Assembly: GCA_003209795.1 (NCBI GenBank)
Contig: QCPB01000002.1
Coordinates: 44,324-108,323, forward strand
Direction: 5' to 3'
From: Prochlorococcus sp. AG-436-C05
GTDB lineage: Bacteria > Cyanobacteriota > Cyanobacteriia > PCC-6307 > Cyanobiaceae
Length of the DNA: 64,000 nt
This document shows positions 1-10,368 of the stretch, piece by piece. The position numbers and the translations under genes were made by a program. The notes beneath the pieces were generated by a model that was not told the DNA's origin, made no database searches, and saw only the letters and a list, made by a program, of their open reading frames with translations. How positions within the stretch are numbered: position 1 is the stretch's first letter; each line of letters opens with the position of its first letter.

Positions 1-2241
1 ATTTATGTTGCCTTAAAAATTACTAAAGTTACGGATGAGATTCTTTTAAAATTTCAAGAAGAAATCCCTAATAGAGATACCTCTTTTAATATTACAAATT
101 CTTTTATAGCTATCTGGACTACTACCCCTTGGACAATTCCTGCTAATGAAGCAGTAGCGGTAAATCCAAAAATAAACTATGTTTTTGCTATTGATGATGA
201 AAAAACATATCTTTTTGCAAAAGATTTAATTTTTGAAATTAGTAAGAAATTGAATAAAGAGTTCAAAATACTTTTGGAGGTTAAAGGCTCAAGCTTGGCA
301 GAAATTGAATATCAACATCCAACTAAAAAAAAGAAATGCAAAATTTTGATCGGTGGAGACTATATTACTACTGAAACTGGTACTGGAATTGTTCATACTG
401 CACCTGGTCATGGTATGGATGATTTTAATGTTGGCCAAAAAAATGGTTTACCTATAACTTGCGTAGTGGATGAAAAAGGTAATCTAACTAAAAATGCAGA
501 GCAATTCCAAGGATCAAATGTCCTTAAGGATTCTAACGATTTAATAATTGAATATTTGGATAATAATAATTTGCTCCTCTTAAAAGAAAATTATAAACAT
601 AGATATCCCTATGACTGGCGTACAAAAAAACCTACTATTTTCAGGGCAACAGAACAATGGTTTGCATCTGTAGATGGATTTCGATCCTCGGCATTACAAG
701 CAATCGAGGATGTTGAATGGATGCCAAAAACAGGTAAGAAAAGGATTTATTCGATGGTTGTAGGTAGAGGAGATTGGTGTATTTCAAGACAAAGATCATG
801 GGGATTACCAATACCTGTTTTTTATAAAAAAAATGGAAAAGAAATTCTCCTTAATAGTGAGACTATTAATCATATTCAAAACCTATTCAGTGAAAACGGA
901 GCTGATATTTGGTGGGATTGGGAAGTAAAGGACTTATTACCAGATAAATATTTAAACGAATCTGATTTTTGGGAAAAAGGAACAGATACTATGGATGTTT
1001 GGTTCGACTCTGGATCTAGTTGGGCTGCTGTGTGTGAACAAAGGGATGATTTGAAATATCCTGCGGATCTTTATTTAGAAGGTTCTGATCAACATCGAGG
1101 CTGGTTTCAATCTTCTTTGCTAACTTCTGTAGCTGTTAAAAATAAACCACCATACAAACAAGTTTTGACTCATGGCTTTGCTCTTGATGAGAATGGAAGA
1201 AAAATGAGTAAATCTTTAGGTAATGTGGTTGATCCAAATATTATTATTAACGGAGGGAATAATAAGAAAATTGAACCTGCTTATGGAGCCGATGTTTTAC
1301 GGCTATGGGTGAGTTCTGTAGATTATTCAGTAGATGTGCCAATTGGATCAAATATATTAAAGCAACTATCAGATGTTTATAGAAAAGTAAGAAATACTGC
1401 TAGATATCTTTTAGGAAATATCCATGATTTTGACCCTAATAATGATCATTTTGAAATTGATCAGTTACCGCTTTTAGATCAATGGATGTTAAGTAGACTA
1501 GTTGATGTTTCAGATCAAATATCGAATGCTTATGAAAGTTATGAATTTTATAAATTTTTTCAAATTTTACAAAGTTTCTGTGTTGTAGATCTTTCTAATT
1601 TCTATTTAGATATAGCAAAGGACAGGTTGTACGTGAGTGGTAAGTCTCAGTTTAGAAGGAAATCATGTCAGTTTGTCATGTCTAAAATTGTAGAAAATTT
1701 AGCTGTTCTTATTTCTCCAGTACTTTGTCATATGGCTGAAGATATTTGGCAAAATATAACTTATGACACTAAAGAAAAGTCGGTTTTTGAACGTGGATGG
1801 CCCAGCTATCCAACTTCATGGAAAAATGAAGAGCTTAATCAACACATTGCAAATTTAAGAAATTTGAGAGTTGAAATTAATAAAGCTATAGAAGGATGTA
1901 GAACGAAACAAATAATTGGAGCAGCCTTAGAGACAGAAGTTAACTATTTGCCTGAGAATAGAGTCTTTGAAGATTCTCTAAAATGGCTTAAAAGGTTTGG
2001 CAATCAGGAAGTAGATTTATATAGTGATTGGCTCATAATTTCAAATTTTCAAGTAGTATCGAATTTGGTTGCAGATTCTCTAATTACTGAAACTAATGAT
2101 TTGGGAAAAATTCAAATACTTAAAGCCCAAGGTCAAAAATGCGATAGGTGTTGGCACTACCAAAAGGAGACAGTTGATGGCATTCAAAATACTAAATTAT
2201 GTAAAAGATGTGCAAATATTATTAATTTAGAGTTTAGTTAA
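1..2241 (+). CDS. ileS: Isoleucyl-tRNA synthetase, 5' part outside the window; frame open from base 1
   Basis: [27 protein letters not shown] and C-terminal Zn-finger CDRCW...CKRC motifs; bases 1-249 translate in frame (IYVALK...[17 protein letters not shown]). Confidence 0.97.
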   Translation: MYVALKITKVTDEILLKFQEEIPNRDTSFNITNSFIAIWTTTPWTIPANEAVAVNPKINYVFAIDDEKTYLFAKDLIFEISKKLNKEFKILLEVKGSSLAEIEYQHPTKKKKCKILIGGDYITTETGTGIVHTAPGHGMDDFNVGQKNGLPITCVVDEKGNLTKNAEQFQGSNVLKDSNDLIIEYLDNNNLLLLKENYKHRYPYDWRTKKPTIFRATEQWFASVDGFRSSALQAIEDVEWMPKTGKKRIYSMVVGRGDWCISRQRSWGLPIPVFYKKNGKEILLNSETINHIQNLFSENGADIWWDWEVKDLLPDKYLNESDFWEKGTDTMDVWFDSGSSWAAVCEQRDDLKYPADLYLEGSDQHRGWFQSSLLTSVAVKNKPPYKQVLTHGFALDENGRKMSKSLGNVVDPNIIINGGNNKKIEPAYGADVLRLWVSSVDYSVDVPIGSNILKQLSDVYRKVRNTARYLLGNIHDFDPNNDHFEIDQLPLLDQWMLSRLVDVSDQISNAYESYEFYKFFQILQSFCVVDLSNFYLDIAKDRLYVSGKSQFRRKSCQFVMSKIVENLAVLISPVLCHMAEDIWQNITYDTKEKSVFERGWPSYPTSWKNEELNQHIANLRNLRVEINKAIEGCRTKQIIGAALETEVNYLPENRVFEDSLKWLKRFGNQEVDLYSDWLIISNFQVVSNLVADSLITETNDLGKIQILKAQGQKCDRCWHYQKETVDGIQNTKLCKRCANIINLEFS

Positions 2242-2545
2242 ATTCAGTTTTCTTGATTCAGGAAAGAAAGAGAGTTTTAATTTTTCCTAATATAAGGAAT
2301 TTGAGTTTGTATTCGAAGGTGCTTTATATAGCTTACACTTCGTGAAAAAGTGATTCATTTCAATCAATTTTTTCTAGATCTATTTCAATGGAATGTTTTG
2401 TAGAGATACTAAAACCCTTAAAAATAATTATTTCTATTTTTTCTTTGCAATTTTATCTATTTATCTAACCCTCGAGTTTAAGAATTCTATTAGGAATCTT
2501 TGAACTTATTTTTTCTAAAGTGTGTATTAAATCAATTTCTTCCAT
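2238..2545 (-). pseudogene. Disrupted conserved hypothetical cyanobacterial gene (~100 aa, EIIIFKGFS motif)
   Basis: Manual translation from ATG 2545: MEEIDLIHTLEKISSKIPNRILKLEG*INR*NCKEKIEIIIFKGFSISTKHSIEIDLEK, then shifted segments LIEMNHFFTKCKLYKAP and IRKN*NSLSFLNQEN*I*. Stops at 2465-2467 and 2453-2455, at least two frameshifts; terminal TAA overlaps the ileS stop. Confidence 0.75.
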
Positions 2546-3155
2546 ATTCAGAAAAACCTGAATTTCTGCCACTTTTAGGAAATTTAATTATTGCCCATTG
2601 AATTAAACCTAAAAAATAAATTAATAATGAAAATAATCCTAAGAATTTTGCTACTGGTTGTGTAAAGTTAGCCCCGAAGAAGAAATTAAATAGGCTTTTG
2701 ATAAAAAGGTATAAATTTGTGGATGGCTTAAGCCAAATTTCACACTCAGCAGAATTGATAAAATATAAACAACTTATATTTTGTAAACTTTGAATTAAGA
2801 AATTAAAAGATACAAAAGTTAGAGACCATCTCCATACTTTTATAGTTGTCGCAAAAATATCAGATAAATTATATTCTTTTAATTCATCATTTATATCATT
2901 CCAAAACCAAACTGAAATTGTCATTAGCAATGTTGAAATATTTGTAAAAACTAGAGCAAAATTATATTCACCAACTAGGAGAATAAGACTTATGAAAAAC
3001 AAAATAGATATTCTCCAATAGTTGGATAGAAGTTTTTTAATAGCTTTGTTTCTTTTTTTTATTGACCATAAGAAAAGAGTAAAAGGAATACCGAGAAGGA
3101 AGATTATTGAAAGTTGAAAAGATAGCCAAACGGAAAGCTGATTAAGAAAGTTCAA
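2532..3155 (-). CDS. DUF3177-family membrane protein
   Basis: Hydrophobic 207 aa ORF with YWRISIL, WFWNDINDEL and IKVWRW motifs typical of this cyanobacterial family; expected synteny. Confidence 0.75.
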   Translation of the reverse strand: MNFLNQLSVWLSFQLSIIFLLGIPFTLFLWSIKKRNKAIKKLLSNYWRISILFFISLILLVGEYNFALVFTNISTLLMTISVWFWNDINDELKEYNLSDIFATTIKVWRWSLTFVSFNFLIQSLQNISCLYFINSAECEIWLKPSTNLYLFIKSLFNFFFGANFTQPVAKFLGLFSLLIYFLGLIQWAIIKFPKSGRNSGFSEYGRN

Positions 3156-3274
3156 AACTGTTTCTTTTAATACTCATAATTATTAAACATCAAACAGTTA
3201 CTTCTTCACTTAGTATTGTCATAGTTATGAATATTATGCAACGTTTGATTTTTAGTAAGAAAAAATAATGTTTT

Positions 3275-3904
3275 ATGAGACAGCATGTAAATCCACTTAG
3301 TAAAAATTTTCATGAAATAGAGCCAATTCCTTATTTACATGAACTTTTTGAAAACCCAGAATTACCACTTCATTTGGATATAGGATGTGCTGCGGGCGAT
3401 TTTTTGTTCGAATTAGCATTGGAAAATAATAAATGGAATTACTTAGGAATTGAAATCCGAGAGAAATTAGTTAATAATGCTATGTCAAAACTACGAGATA
3501 TGGCAATTCGAAACTTATACTTTGCATTTGGCAATGCTAATAATATTTTTAATGATCCAAATTACAGGTTTCTTATTGATTATGTTAGCAGCATATCCTT
3601 CAATTTCCCTGATCCATGGTATAAAAAGAAACATCATAAAAGACGTGTAATACAACCTGATTTAATTAGGCTTCTTTCAAATTCCATGCGAAAAAAGTCA
3701 TTAATCTTTATTAAAACGGATGTAAAGGAATTATTTAATTATATGGATTTTACGATATCAAATAATTTAAATTTTAAAAAATTACAGAATATAGATCTTT
3801 TTTATCCTGAGAGTTTTAATCCTAAAATGATTAAAACTAATAGGGAAAAATATGCGATAGAAAGGCGACTTAATATTTTTCAAAGAATTTATATCAAGAC
3901 TTGA
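3275..3904 (+). CDS. trmB: tRNA (guanine-N7)-methyltransferase
   Basis: MRQHVNPL start, [11 protein letters not shown] motif, [19 protein letters not shown]. Confidence 0.95.
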   Translation: MRQHVNPLSKNFHEIEPIPYLHELFENPELPLHLDIGCAAGDFLFELALENNKWNYLGIEIREKLVNNAMSKLRDMAIRNLYFAFGNANNIFNDPNYRFLIDYVSSISFNFPDPWYKKKHHKRRVIQPDLIRLLSNSMRKKSLIFIKTDVKELFNYMDFTISNNLNFKKLQNIDLFYPESFNPKMIKTNREKYAIERRLNIFQRIYIKT

Positions 3905-3905
3905 T

Positions 3906-5264
3906 TTATTGAAAATTAGTTATTTTATTAATTGTTTGTCTTAGTTTTGATGTTATATCTTTTGATAAGGTGTTTACTTCCTTTTGATTCTCAGCTTCAA
4001 TAAGTACCCTTAAAACAGGTTCTGTTCCGCTTGGCCTTATATAAATTCTGCAATTTTCCGAGATATTTTCTGAGTAATCTTTTATGGTTAGATTAATCAA
4101 ATTTTTGAATGTATTATTTACGTTTTTAATGTCGAAATTCAAATTTATATTTGTTAGTTTTTGAGGATAGGGAGAAAAACTACTTTGCAGCCAAGTATCT
4201 AAATTAATCTTTTTCTTTTTACAATATTTAGAAATTTGAATTGCAGTCAATATACCATCCCCAGAAAAGTTATTAATTTTTGAAAGTATATGGCCTGACT
4301 GCTCTCCTCCTAAAACCGCCTGTTTTTGATTAATTGCTTCAAAAATGAATTTATCTCCAACCTCAGTTCTATATAAAATTCCACCAATATTATTCCAAGC
4401 ATTTTCGAAACCTAAATTTGCCATTTTACTTGATATGAGTAAATTGTTTTTAAGGATTTTTTGTTCCATAAGTTCTCTTCCCCATAAAAAAAGAATATGA
4501 TCTCCATCTAAAACATTGCCCCTAGAGTCAAGCCCAATAACCCTATCTGCATCGCCATCAAAGCTGAATCCCATATCTGCGTTATTCTCTATAATTGCTT
4601 TTTTTAATGGTTCAAGACATGTAGATCCACAATTCAAATTTATTTTTAAACCATTTTTTTCATTATTAATAACTCTTAAGGAAGCTCCAAGTTTATTAAA
4701 TACTTCTTCTGCACATGTTGTCGCCGATCCATAACAAGTGTCTAATATTATTTTCATTCCGCCTAAATTTTCTCCATCGAATGTTTTGATTAGGCTATTT
4801 ATATAGAGATTTAAAAGACTTTCATTTGTTTGTATAGTGAAACTGTTTTTCTCCACTAAGTTTTCTTCATCAATTGTTTCTATTAATTCTTGTATTTCAT
4901 TTTCAATCTCTTTTATAATTTTTGTTCCATTACTATCAAATATTTTTATTCCATTATATTCAGGTGGATTGTGACTGGCAGATATCATTATCCCACCACT
5001 AAATTTTTCTTTTTTTATTAAATAAGGTATTGCAGGAGTCGGGCATATCCCTACACTTATAGATTCTTTCCCACTTGCATTAATCCCTCTTGAAATAGCT
5101 TCAAGTATAATCTCTCCACTAATTCGAGTATCTCTTCCTATAAGTATAGGATTATTGTTTTTTGTAATTATTCCTAGAGCATATCCAACCTTGTATGCTA
5201 GTGAAAAAGTTAATTCTTTATCGTATCTTCCCCTTATTCCGTCAGTTCCAAAGATTAATTGCAT
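3906..5264 (-). CDS. glmM: Phosphoglucosamine mutase
   Basis: [15 protein letters not shown] phosphoserine loop, FDGDADR, GGEQSGH, RPSGTEP. Confidence 0.93.
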   Translation of the reverse strand: MQLIFGTDGIRGRYDKELTFSLAYKVGYALGIITKNNNPILIGRDTRISGEIILEAISRGINASGKESISVGICPTPAIPYLIKKEKFSGGIMISASHNPPEYNGIKIFDSNGTKIIKEIENEIQELIETIDEENLVEKNSFTIQTNESLLNLYINSLIKTFDGENLGGMKIILDTCYGSATTCAEEVFNKLGASLRVINNEKNGLKINLNCGSTCLEPLKKAIIENNADMGFSFDGDADRVIGLDSRGNVLDGDHILFLWGRELMEQKILKNNLLISSKMANLGFENAWNNIGGILYRTEVGDKFIFEAINQKQAVLGGEQSGHILSKINNFSGDGILTAIQISKYCKKKKINLDTWLQSSFSPYPQKLTNINLNFDIKNVNNTFKNLINLTIKDYSENISENCRIYIRPSGTEPVLRVLIEAENQKEVNTLSKDITSKLRQTINKITNFQ

Positions 5265-5390
5265 AATGATTTTTTATAATATTTTGTTGTTCGCTTTACT
5301 GATTATTTTATCAGTTGATTAAAAGGAAAAAGATTTATGTTCTCTTTATTGATTTTACTTATATAAAATGAACTAAAACAAATTTAAATA

Positions 5391-5936
5391 ATGCAATCAG
5401 GTAGCAAAGAATCGATATTAAGTATGAATATAAAAGCATTAATTGGGTTGTTTTTTGTTTTAATAATTATTTGTTTGCTTTTATTCAGAAATATTTTTTT
5501 CCAACCAACTCTTATTCTTAAGAGTTTAGGAGAATTATCTACTGATCCTGTAATAGCTTTAAATAATAATAAGCCTACTTTTTTAGAATTTTATGCAGAG
5601 TGGTGCGAAGTATGCAAAGAAATGGCCCCTAAAGTCTCCGCTTTAAAAGATAAATATGAAAAAGATATTAACTTTGTTTTTTTAAATGTAGACAATCCAA
5701 AATGGCAAAATTATATAGAAAAATATAATGTTAATGGGATTCCACAAGTAAATATTATTGATACAAAAGGAAATTTAATATCTACTTTAATTGGGAAACA
5801 GGAAGAACAAACTATAAGAGATTCGATTAATAATTTAAATGGTGTATTTAGATCTAATGAAGCAATTGTAAATTCAGATTTTTCACAAATCAGAGTTAAT
5901 AAAAATCACCAAGCTGCTCCTCGTAGTCATGGATAG
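5391..5936 (+). CDS. txlA: Membrane-anchored thioredoxin-like protein (TxlA/HCF164 type)
   Basis: N-terminal TM helix, EFYAEWCEVC active site, C-terminal PRSHG. Confidence 0.8.
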   Translation: MQSGSKESILSMNIKALIGLFFVLIIICLLLFRNIFFQPTLILKSLGELSTDPVIALNNNKPTFLEFYAEWCEVCKEMAPKVSALKDKYEKDINFVFLNVDNPKWQNYIEKYNVNGIPQVNIIDTKGNLISTLIGKQEEQTIRDSINNLNGVFRSNEAIVNSDFSQIRVNKNHQAAPRSHG

Positions 5937-5939
5937 TTT

Positions 5940-6572
5940 TTACCAATTTAGAGATTTAGAAACTATTGGAAAACTTTGTTTAAAAATAGATTTACAATTT
6001 TGAGCTATATTTTTATGCTCTTCTTGGGTACCATGTGCAGATCTTAAATGAATGTAGTGTATCCATGATCTACATGATCCAGACATATAGATTCTTGTTG
6101 GAGTTGCTAGTGGGAGTACAAATCTTGCACATTCTTTCGCTATCCCTTCAGTAAGTAATTCCTCATATAAATCTGAGGCTTCTTTAAAATGAGCAGCAAT
6201 TTTTGTGTTGAATCTTTGTTTTAATTCATTAGGGAGATCAGGAATAGAATTTTGTCTATTTTTAAAATCTTGTCTTCTTAGTTCAGGTAGGGGGATATTT
6301 CCCAATTGAGCACTATCTGCATATCTCTGGGAAAATTCTTGGAAAGTGAAGGATCTATGTCTTAATATTTGAGCGGCAATTCCCCTGTTAGTTTCAATTT
6401 GCAAGGTCATAAATGACTGCTCAAAGACACTCCAATGTTCATTCTTTATGCAATAACTTAATAATTTTGAATAGTCATCATTATTCTGGTTCTTTGGATT
6501 ACTAACTCTAGCAATATATGCCATTGTTTTTTCTGCATTTGGAGTTAGTGAAATTAGTTCAACATTACTCAT
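5940..6572 (-). CDS. thyX: Flavin-dependent thymidylate synthase
   Basis: HWSVFE, QILRHRSFTFQEFSQRY (RHRx7S), ECARFVLP. Confidence 0.96.
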   Translation of the reverse strand: MSNVELISLTPNAEKTMAYIARVSNPKNQNNDDYSKLLSYCIKNEHWSVFEQSFMTLQIETNRGIAAQILRHRSFTFQEFSQRYADSAQLGNIPLPELRRQDFKNRQNSIPDLPNELKQRFNTKIAAHFKEASDLYEELLTEGIAKECARFVLPLATPTRIYMSGSCRSWIHYIHLRSAHGTQEEHKNIAQNCKSIFKQSFPIVSKSLNW

Positions 6573-6573
6573 T

Positions 6574-7167
6574 TTAAATTTTTGCTAAGGTTACACGTTC
6601 TGGTTGATTTTGATATTTACCTCTTCTGTCTTCATATGTTGTAGAGCAAGGATCACCTTCAAAAAATAGTAATTGACAGATTCCTTCATTAGCGTAAATT
6701 CTGCAATCAGCTCCTGAACTATTACTAAATTCTAAAGTTAGGTGACCTTCCCAGCCTGCTTCTGCTGGAGTTGTATTAACTATTATCCCTAGACGAGCAT
6801 AAGTACTTTTACCAATACAGATTACAGTAATATTTTCTGGAACCTTCATCTTTTCTAAAGCTACCCCCAAACCATAGGAGTGGGCAGGAAGAATAAAGAA
6901 ATCACCGTCATCATCTTTGTGAAGAATGGTTTTTTCTAAATTATCAGGATTAAACTTCTTTGGATTCATAACAGTACCAGGTACATGCCTGAATATTAGA
7001 AACTCTTTAGATGAGAGTCTTAAATCATAGCCATATGATGAGCATCCATAGCTAAGTACAGGTTTCTGTTTTCTAGTAGGCTCAAGATGTCTTACTAAGG
7101 TTGATTGAAAGGGACTTATCATTCCCTCAGCAGCTTTTTGATTTATCCAGAGATCGTTTTTTAGCAT
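6574..7167 (-). CDS. dcd: dCTP deaminase
   Basis: SYGCSSYGYDLRL, GKSTYARLG, TPAEAGWEGHLTLE, YANEGICQ. Confidence 0.95.
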   Translation of the reverse strand: MLKNDLWINQKAAEGMISPFQSTLVRHLEPTRKQKPVLSYGCSSYGYDLRLSSKEFLIFRHVPGTVMNPKKFNPDNLEKTILHKDDDGDFFILPAHSYGLGVALEKMKVPENITVICIGKSTYARLGIIVNTTPAEAGWEGHLTLEFSNSSGADCRIYANEGICQLLFFEGDPCSTTYEDRRGKYQNQPERVTLAKI

Positions 7168-7171
7168 GATT

Positions 7172-7744
7172 TTATGAACGCAGTTCTGTGATTTGGTTAG
7201 CCATTAATAATAAATCTTTAGGTATGGATGTACCAGTAAGGATTACATCTCCTGATATACATCGGTTCTCAAGTGTTGAAATTAAATCATTTTTATCGAT
7301 AATTTTCATTTCAACTGCAAGAAAGATTTCATCAAGGATGATTTGATCATTTGTACCAGATAGTAACTCTTTTTTGCAATAATCCCATAATTCATTTGTT
7401 GAATCATGAATAAATTTTTTTAAGTTTTTATTATTGACAATTTCTTCAGAAGTATATTGATCAAAGGAATTCGATGACCTCACCCATTTTAAATTGCCAC
7501 AAAGTCTTAATGCATTCGAAACCCCTTGCTTTACACCTCCTTTCATTAATTGAACTAAAAGTACTTTTCTTCCTAGAGCAGCATTTCTAAAGGAATCTCT
7601 TATTACTGTTGAATAACTTCCCCTATAAGGGGATTGATAGATCTGAACTTGTCCATTTTGTATTATTTTGTTTAATGTAACTTTATTAGTTTCTACTAAA
7701 TTAAGATTGCTTTTTGAATAATTACTAGACGAACTAAGGACCAT
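7172..7744 (-). CDS. Cob(I)alamin adenosyltransferase (CobA/BtuR/CobO)-like protein with degenerate P-loop
   Basis: GQVQIY, KVLLVQLMKGG, IILDEI, VILTG, ANQITELR match the CobA/BtuR fold; the GxGKGKT loop is replaced by QSPYRGSYS and the C-terminal KHP...GIEF tail is absent. Confidence 0.75.
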   Translation of the reverse strand: MVLSSSSNYSKSNLNLVETNKVTLNKIIQNGQVQIYQSPYRGSYSTVIRDSFRNAALGRKVLLVQLMKGGVKQGVSNALRLCGNLKWVRSSNSFDQYTSEEIVNNKNLKKFIHDSTNELWDYCKKELLSGTNDQIILDEIFLAVEMKIIDKNDLISTLENRCISGDVILTGTSIPKDLLLMANQITELRS

Positions 7745-7759
7745 TATTTTGGATTTCTT

Positions 7760-7806
7760 TATCTAGATTCAGTATAATTTGCATTTAATTACACTGCATA
7801 TAGTGT
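7760..7806. promoter_or_regulatory. Tandem NrdR-box-like operators upstream of the cobA-like/dcd/thyX operon
   Basis: ACACTGCATATAGTGT (7791-7806) matches acaCwAtATaTwGtgt at 14/16; weaker TATCTAGATTCAGTAT (7760-7775) starts exactly 31 bp away. Confidence 0.65.
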
Positions 7807-7885
7807 AATTTTACTTAAAAAAGCTTTTTGAAATTAAATAATAAGTAACAATTTCTTATTGAGAAATAAATAAGAATTTAAAATT

Positions 7886-7927
7886 GTTACTGTTGATACA
7901 AGATATTTTCAGTTGTCTTCTTAAATT
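7886..7927 (+). promoter_or_regulatory. NtcA-activated (autoregulatory) promoter of ntcA
   Basis: GTTACTGTTGATAC (GT-N10-AC, 7886-7899), 22-nt spacer, then TAAATT (TAN3T -10 box, 7922-7927). Confidence 0.8.
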
Positions 7928-7948
7928 TTTTAATATTAAAGCATATTT

Positions 7949-8683
7949 ATGTTACCTGCTTCTAGAGGATTCAGTCGCTTAAGTCCGCAACAGCCAGGAC
8001 AAAAAAAAATTAACTCTATTGGAGAACGTTTTCCAATTAATAAAACTTTAATGGATGTCATTAAAGGTTTAGATGGTGCAAGTTCAGAAATGGTTGAAAG
8101 ATCTAAAACAATATTTTTTCCTGGAGATCCTGCAGAAAGAGTTTACCTTATCAGAAGAGGAGCAGTAAGATTATCTAGAGTTTATGAATCCGGAGAAGAA
8201 ATAACTGTTGCGATGTTAAGAGAGAATAGCCTGTTTGGTGTTTTATCTCTTTTAACAGGACACAGGTCTGATCGTTTTTATCACTCTATAGCTTTCACAA
8301 GAGTTGAAATAATCACTGCCCCAGCAAATTCTGTTTTAAGAGCAATTGAAGCAGATGCATCTGTTGGGCTCTTACTATTGCAGGGTCTTTCAAGCCGGAT
8401 CCTTCAGACAGAAACAATGATAGAAACTCTTACACATAGAGATATGTCTTCTCGTTTAGTAAGTTTTTTAATGGTTCTCTGTAGAGATTTTGGAGTGGCA
8501 AGTGAAAACGGTATAACAATAGATTTGAGGCTTTCACATCAAGCAATAGCTGAAGCTATTGGTTCAACTAGAGTAACGATCACAAGATTATTAGGTGATT
8601 TAAAAGATTCTGGATTGCTAATGATTGATAAAAAAAAGATTACAGTTTTTGATCCAATAGCACTTGCAAAAAGATTTAATTGA
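7949..8683 (+). CDS. ntcA: Global nitrogen regulator NtcA (CRP family)
   Basis: [50 protein letters not shown]. Confidence 0.98.
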   Translation: MLPASRGFSRLSPQQPGQKKINSIGERFPINKTLMDVIKGLDGASSEMVERSKTIFFPGDPAERVYLIRRGAVRLSRVYESGEEITVAMLRENSLFGVLSLLTGHRSDRFYHSIAFTRVEIITAPANSVLRAIEADASVGLLLLQGLSSRILQTETMIETLTHRDMSSRLVSFLMVLCRDFGVASENGITIDLRLSHQAIAEAIGSTRVTITRLLGDLKDSGLLMIDKKKITVFDPIALAKRFN

Positions 8684-8723
8684 TTCATTATTATTTATGA
8701 TGTATTAAATATCTAAAAATATT

Positions 8724-9689
8724 GTGGCTTGGATTTTAATTATTCTCCTAATATTGCTTGGGGGATTAATTGCTCCTTTTGGAGATTTGCTAGGAACAAA
8801 AATAGGTAAGTCAAGGTTTAGTATCTTAAAATTAAGGCCAAAGAAAACAGCAACAATTATAACTGTTATAACTGGTGGATTTATTAGTTCAATTTCTATA
8901 GGATTATTGAGTTTGTTTAGTGAAGATATTAGACAAAGACTTTCTGTCGATATTCCTGTTTTGCAGAAAACTTTAGAGGAAAGTAAAAAGGCTTTAATAC
9001 CCTTGCAGGAAGAAAGAGAGAAGCTTGAAGATAAAATCCTGCAAAAGGAAAAGGAATTAAATCAACTAAAAAATAATATTAATGAATTCAGAAGAGGGAA
9101 TGTTGTTATTAAAAGGGGTCAAACTTTATTTATTGCAGAAATCAACTCTAATCCAAATAGAAAATTGGATTTAGCAAAGATTTATGATAGTGCTGATAAA
9201 TATGTGCAGAAAATTGTGATTCCTAGCAAAACTAAAATAGCTAATATTCTTTTGTGGAAACCTAGTGATATTTCTGCAATTGAAAGTCTTACAGGAAAAG
9301 AAGGTAGTTGGATCTTAGTAATAAAATCAGCAACAAATGTTTTGAAGGGGGAGAATTATGTTTTTGTAGCTCCTAAGTTATTTGAAAATAAATTAATATT
9401 TAGAAAAGAAGAAATTATTGCAAACGCTTTTTGGGAGAAAAGTGATGTAAGCTATAAAGCTATTAATTCTAAAATCAATACTCTACTTAGTCAGACGAGA
9501 AATAAAGCCAAGTTAAAGGGATCCATTGTTAATGAAATTACTACAAGAGGAGATTTCATGAAACAACTTAGATATTCACTAAAGAGTAATCAAAATATTA
9601 AATTACAATTAGAAGTGGTATCTTTGAGAGATAGTAAAATTGCAGAACCGATAGTAGTTGGATTGAATATTAAAGAATTAGAACCTTAA
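8724..9689 (+). CDS. DUF3084-family coiled-coil membrane protein
   Basis: GGLIAPFGDLLGTKIGKSRFSILKLRPKKTA N-terminus followed by a coiled coil; usual neighbour of ntcA. Confidence 0.75.
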   Translation: MAWILIILLILLGGLIAPFGDLLGTKIGKSRFSILKLRPKKTATIITVITGGFISSISIGLLSLFSEDIRQRLSVDIPVLQKTLEESKKALIPLQEEREKLEDKILQKEKELNQLKNNINEFRRGNVVIKRGQTLFIAEINSNPNRKLDLAKIYDSADKYVQKIVIPSKTKIANILLWKPSDISAIESLTGKEGSWILVIKSATNVLKGENYVFVAPKLFENKLIFRKEEIIANAFWEKSDVSYKAINSKINTLLSQTRNKAKLKGSIVNEITTRGDFMKQLRYSLKSNQNIKLQLEVVSLRDSKIAEPIVVGLNIKELEP

Positions 9690-10127
9690 ATGACTAAATT
9701 AATATCAATTGATCCTGGTAGATTTAAATGCGGCTTGGTATTAGTTGATATAAAAGAAAAAAAAGTTTATAAAGCAATCATTCTTAGAAGTGAATTTCTT
9801 GAAGAATATGTTAAGAATTTAAAAACTGTTGAAAATATATCAAAAGTTTTTATTGGTAATGGTACAAGTAGTAAAGAGAATATAGAAAAACTTGAATTTA
9901 TAAAAAAAGATTTAATTATTTGCGAAGAGAAAAATACAACTTATAGAGCAAAAGAAAGATATTTTGAACTTTTTCCAATTAGCGGTTTAAAAAAATTAAT
10001 TCCTAGAGAGTTTTTTATCATTAATAAAAAATTAGATGCTATTGCTGCTTTAATAATTTTAGAAGATTATTGCCATGATAAATTCACCCTGGATAAAAAT
10101 CTAGATACTAAAACTTGGCTGGAATAG
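9690..10127 (+). CDS. YqgF/RNase H-like resolvase family protein
   Basis: ISIDPGRFKCG, IGNGTSS, EKNTTYRAKERYF, LDAIAA. Confidence 0.75.
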   Translation: MTKLISIDPGRFKCGLVLVDIKEKKVYKAIILRSEFLEEYVKNLKTVENISKVFIGNGTSSKENIEKLEFIKKDLIICEEKNTTYRAKERYFELFPISGLKKLIPREFFIINKKLDAIAALIILEDYCHDKFTLDKNLDTKTWLE

Positions 10128-10365
10128 TAAATTTATATTCATTACCTGCTTCTAATTCATAATCTTTCTTTACAAGAAATCTTAATAAAGCATCTTCAAT
10201 TAAAGCTCTTCCTAGAGGTGGTTTTACATATAAAACTCCCTTACCAAATGCCCACGTAAACTGCCATTTAAACTCACTTGCTGCAACAATTCCTTTGACT
10301 TGTTTTTTGGAGAAAGAATATTCTTTTACATTTACATGCGCTGTGGTTTCTGGTTTTAGTCTCAT
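10108..10365 (-). CDS. DUF3146-family protein
   Basis: PETTAHV, FKWQFTWAF, VKPPLGRALI, YELEAGNEYKF; small conserved cyanobacterial protein. Confidence 0.7.
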   Translation of the reverse strand: MRLKPETTAHVNVKEYSFSKKQVKGIVAASEFKWQFTWAFGKGVLYVKPPLGRALIEDALLRFLVKKDYELEAGNEYKFTIPAKF

Positions 10366-10368
10366 TTA

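Noticed and set aside
250-2241. Apparently short 663-aa IleRS lacking the HIGH motif
   Set aside because: Window-edge truncation; the frame is open from base 1.
2238-2545. Stop-codon reassignment explaining the interrupted ORF
   Set aside because: TAG, TAA and TGA all occur along with frameshifts, and all neighbouring genes use the standard code.
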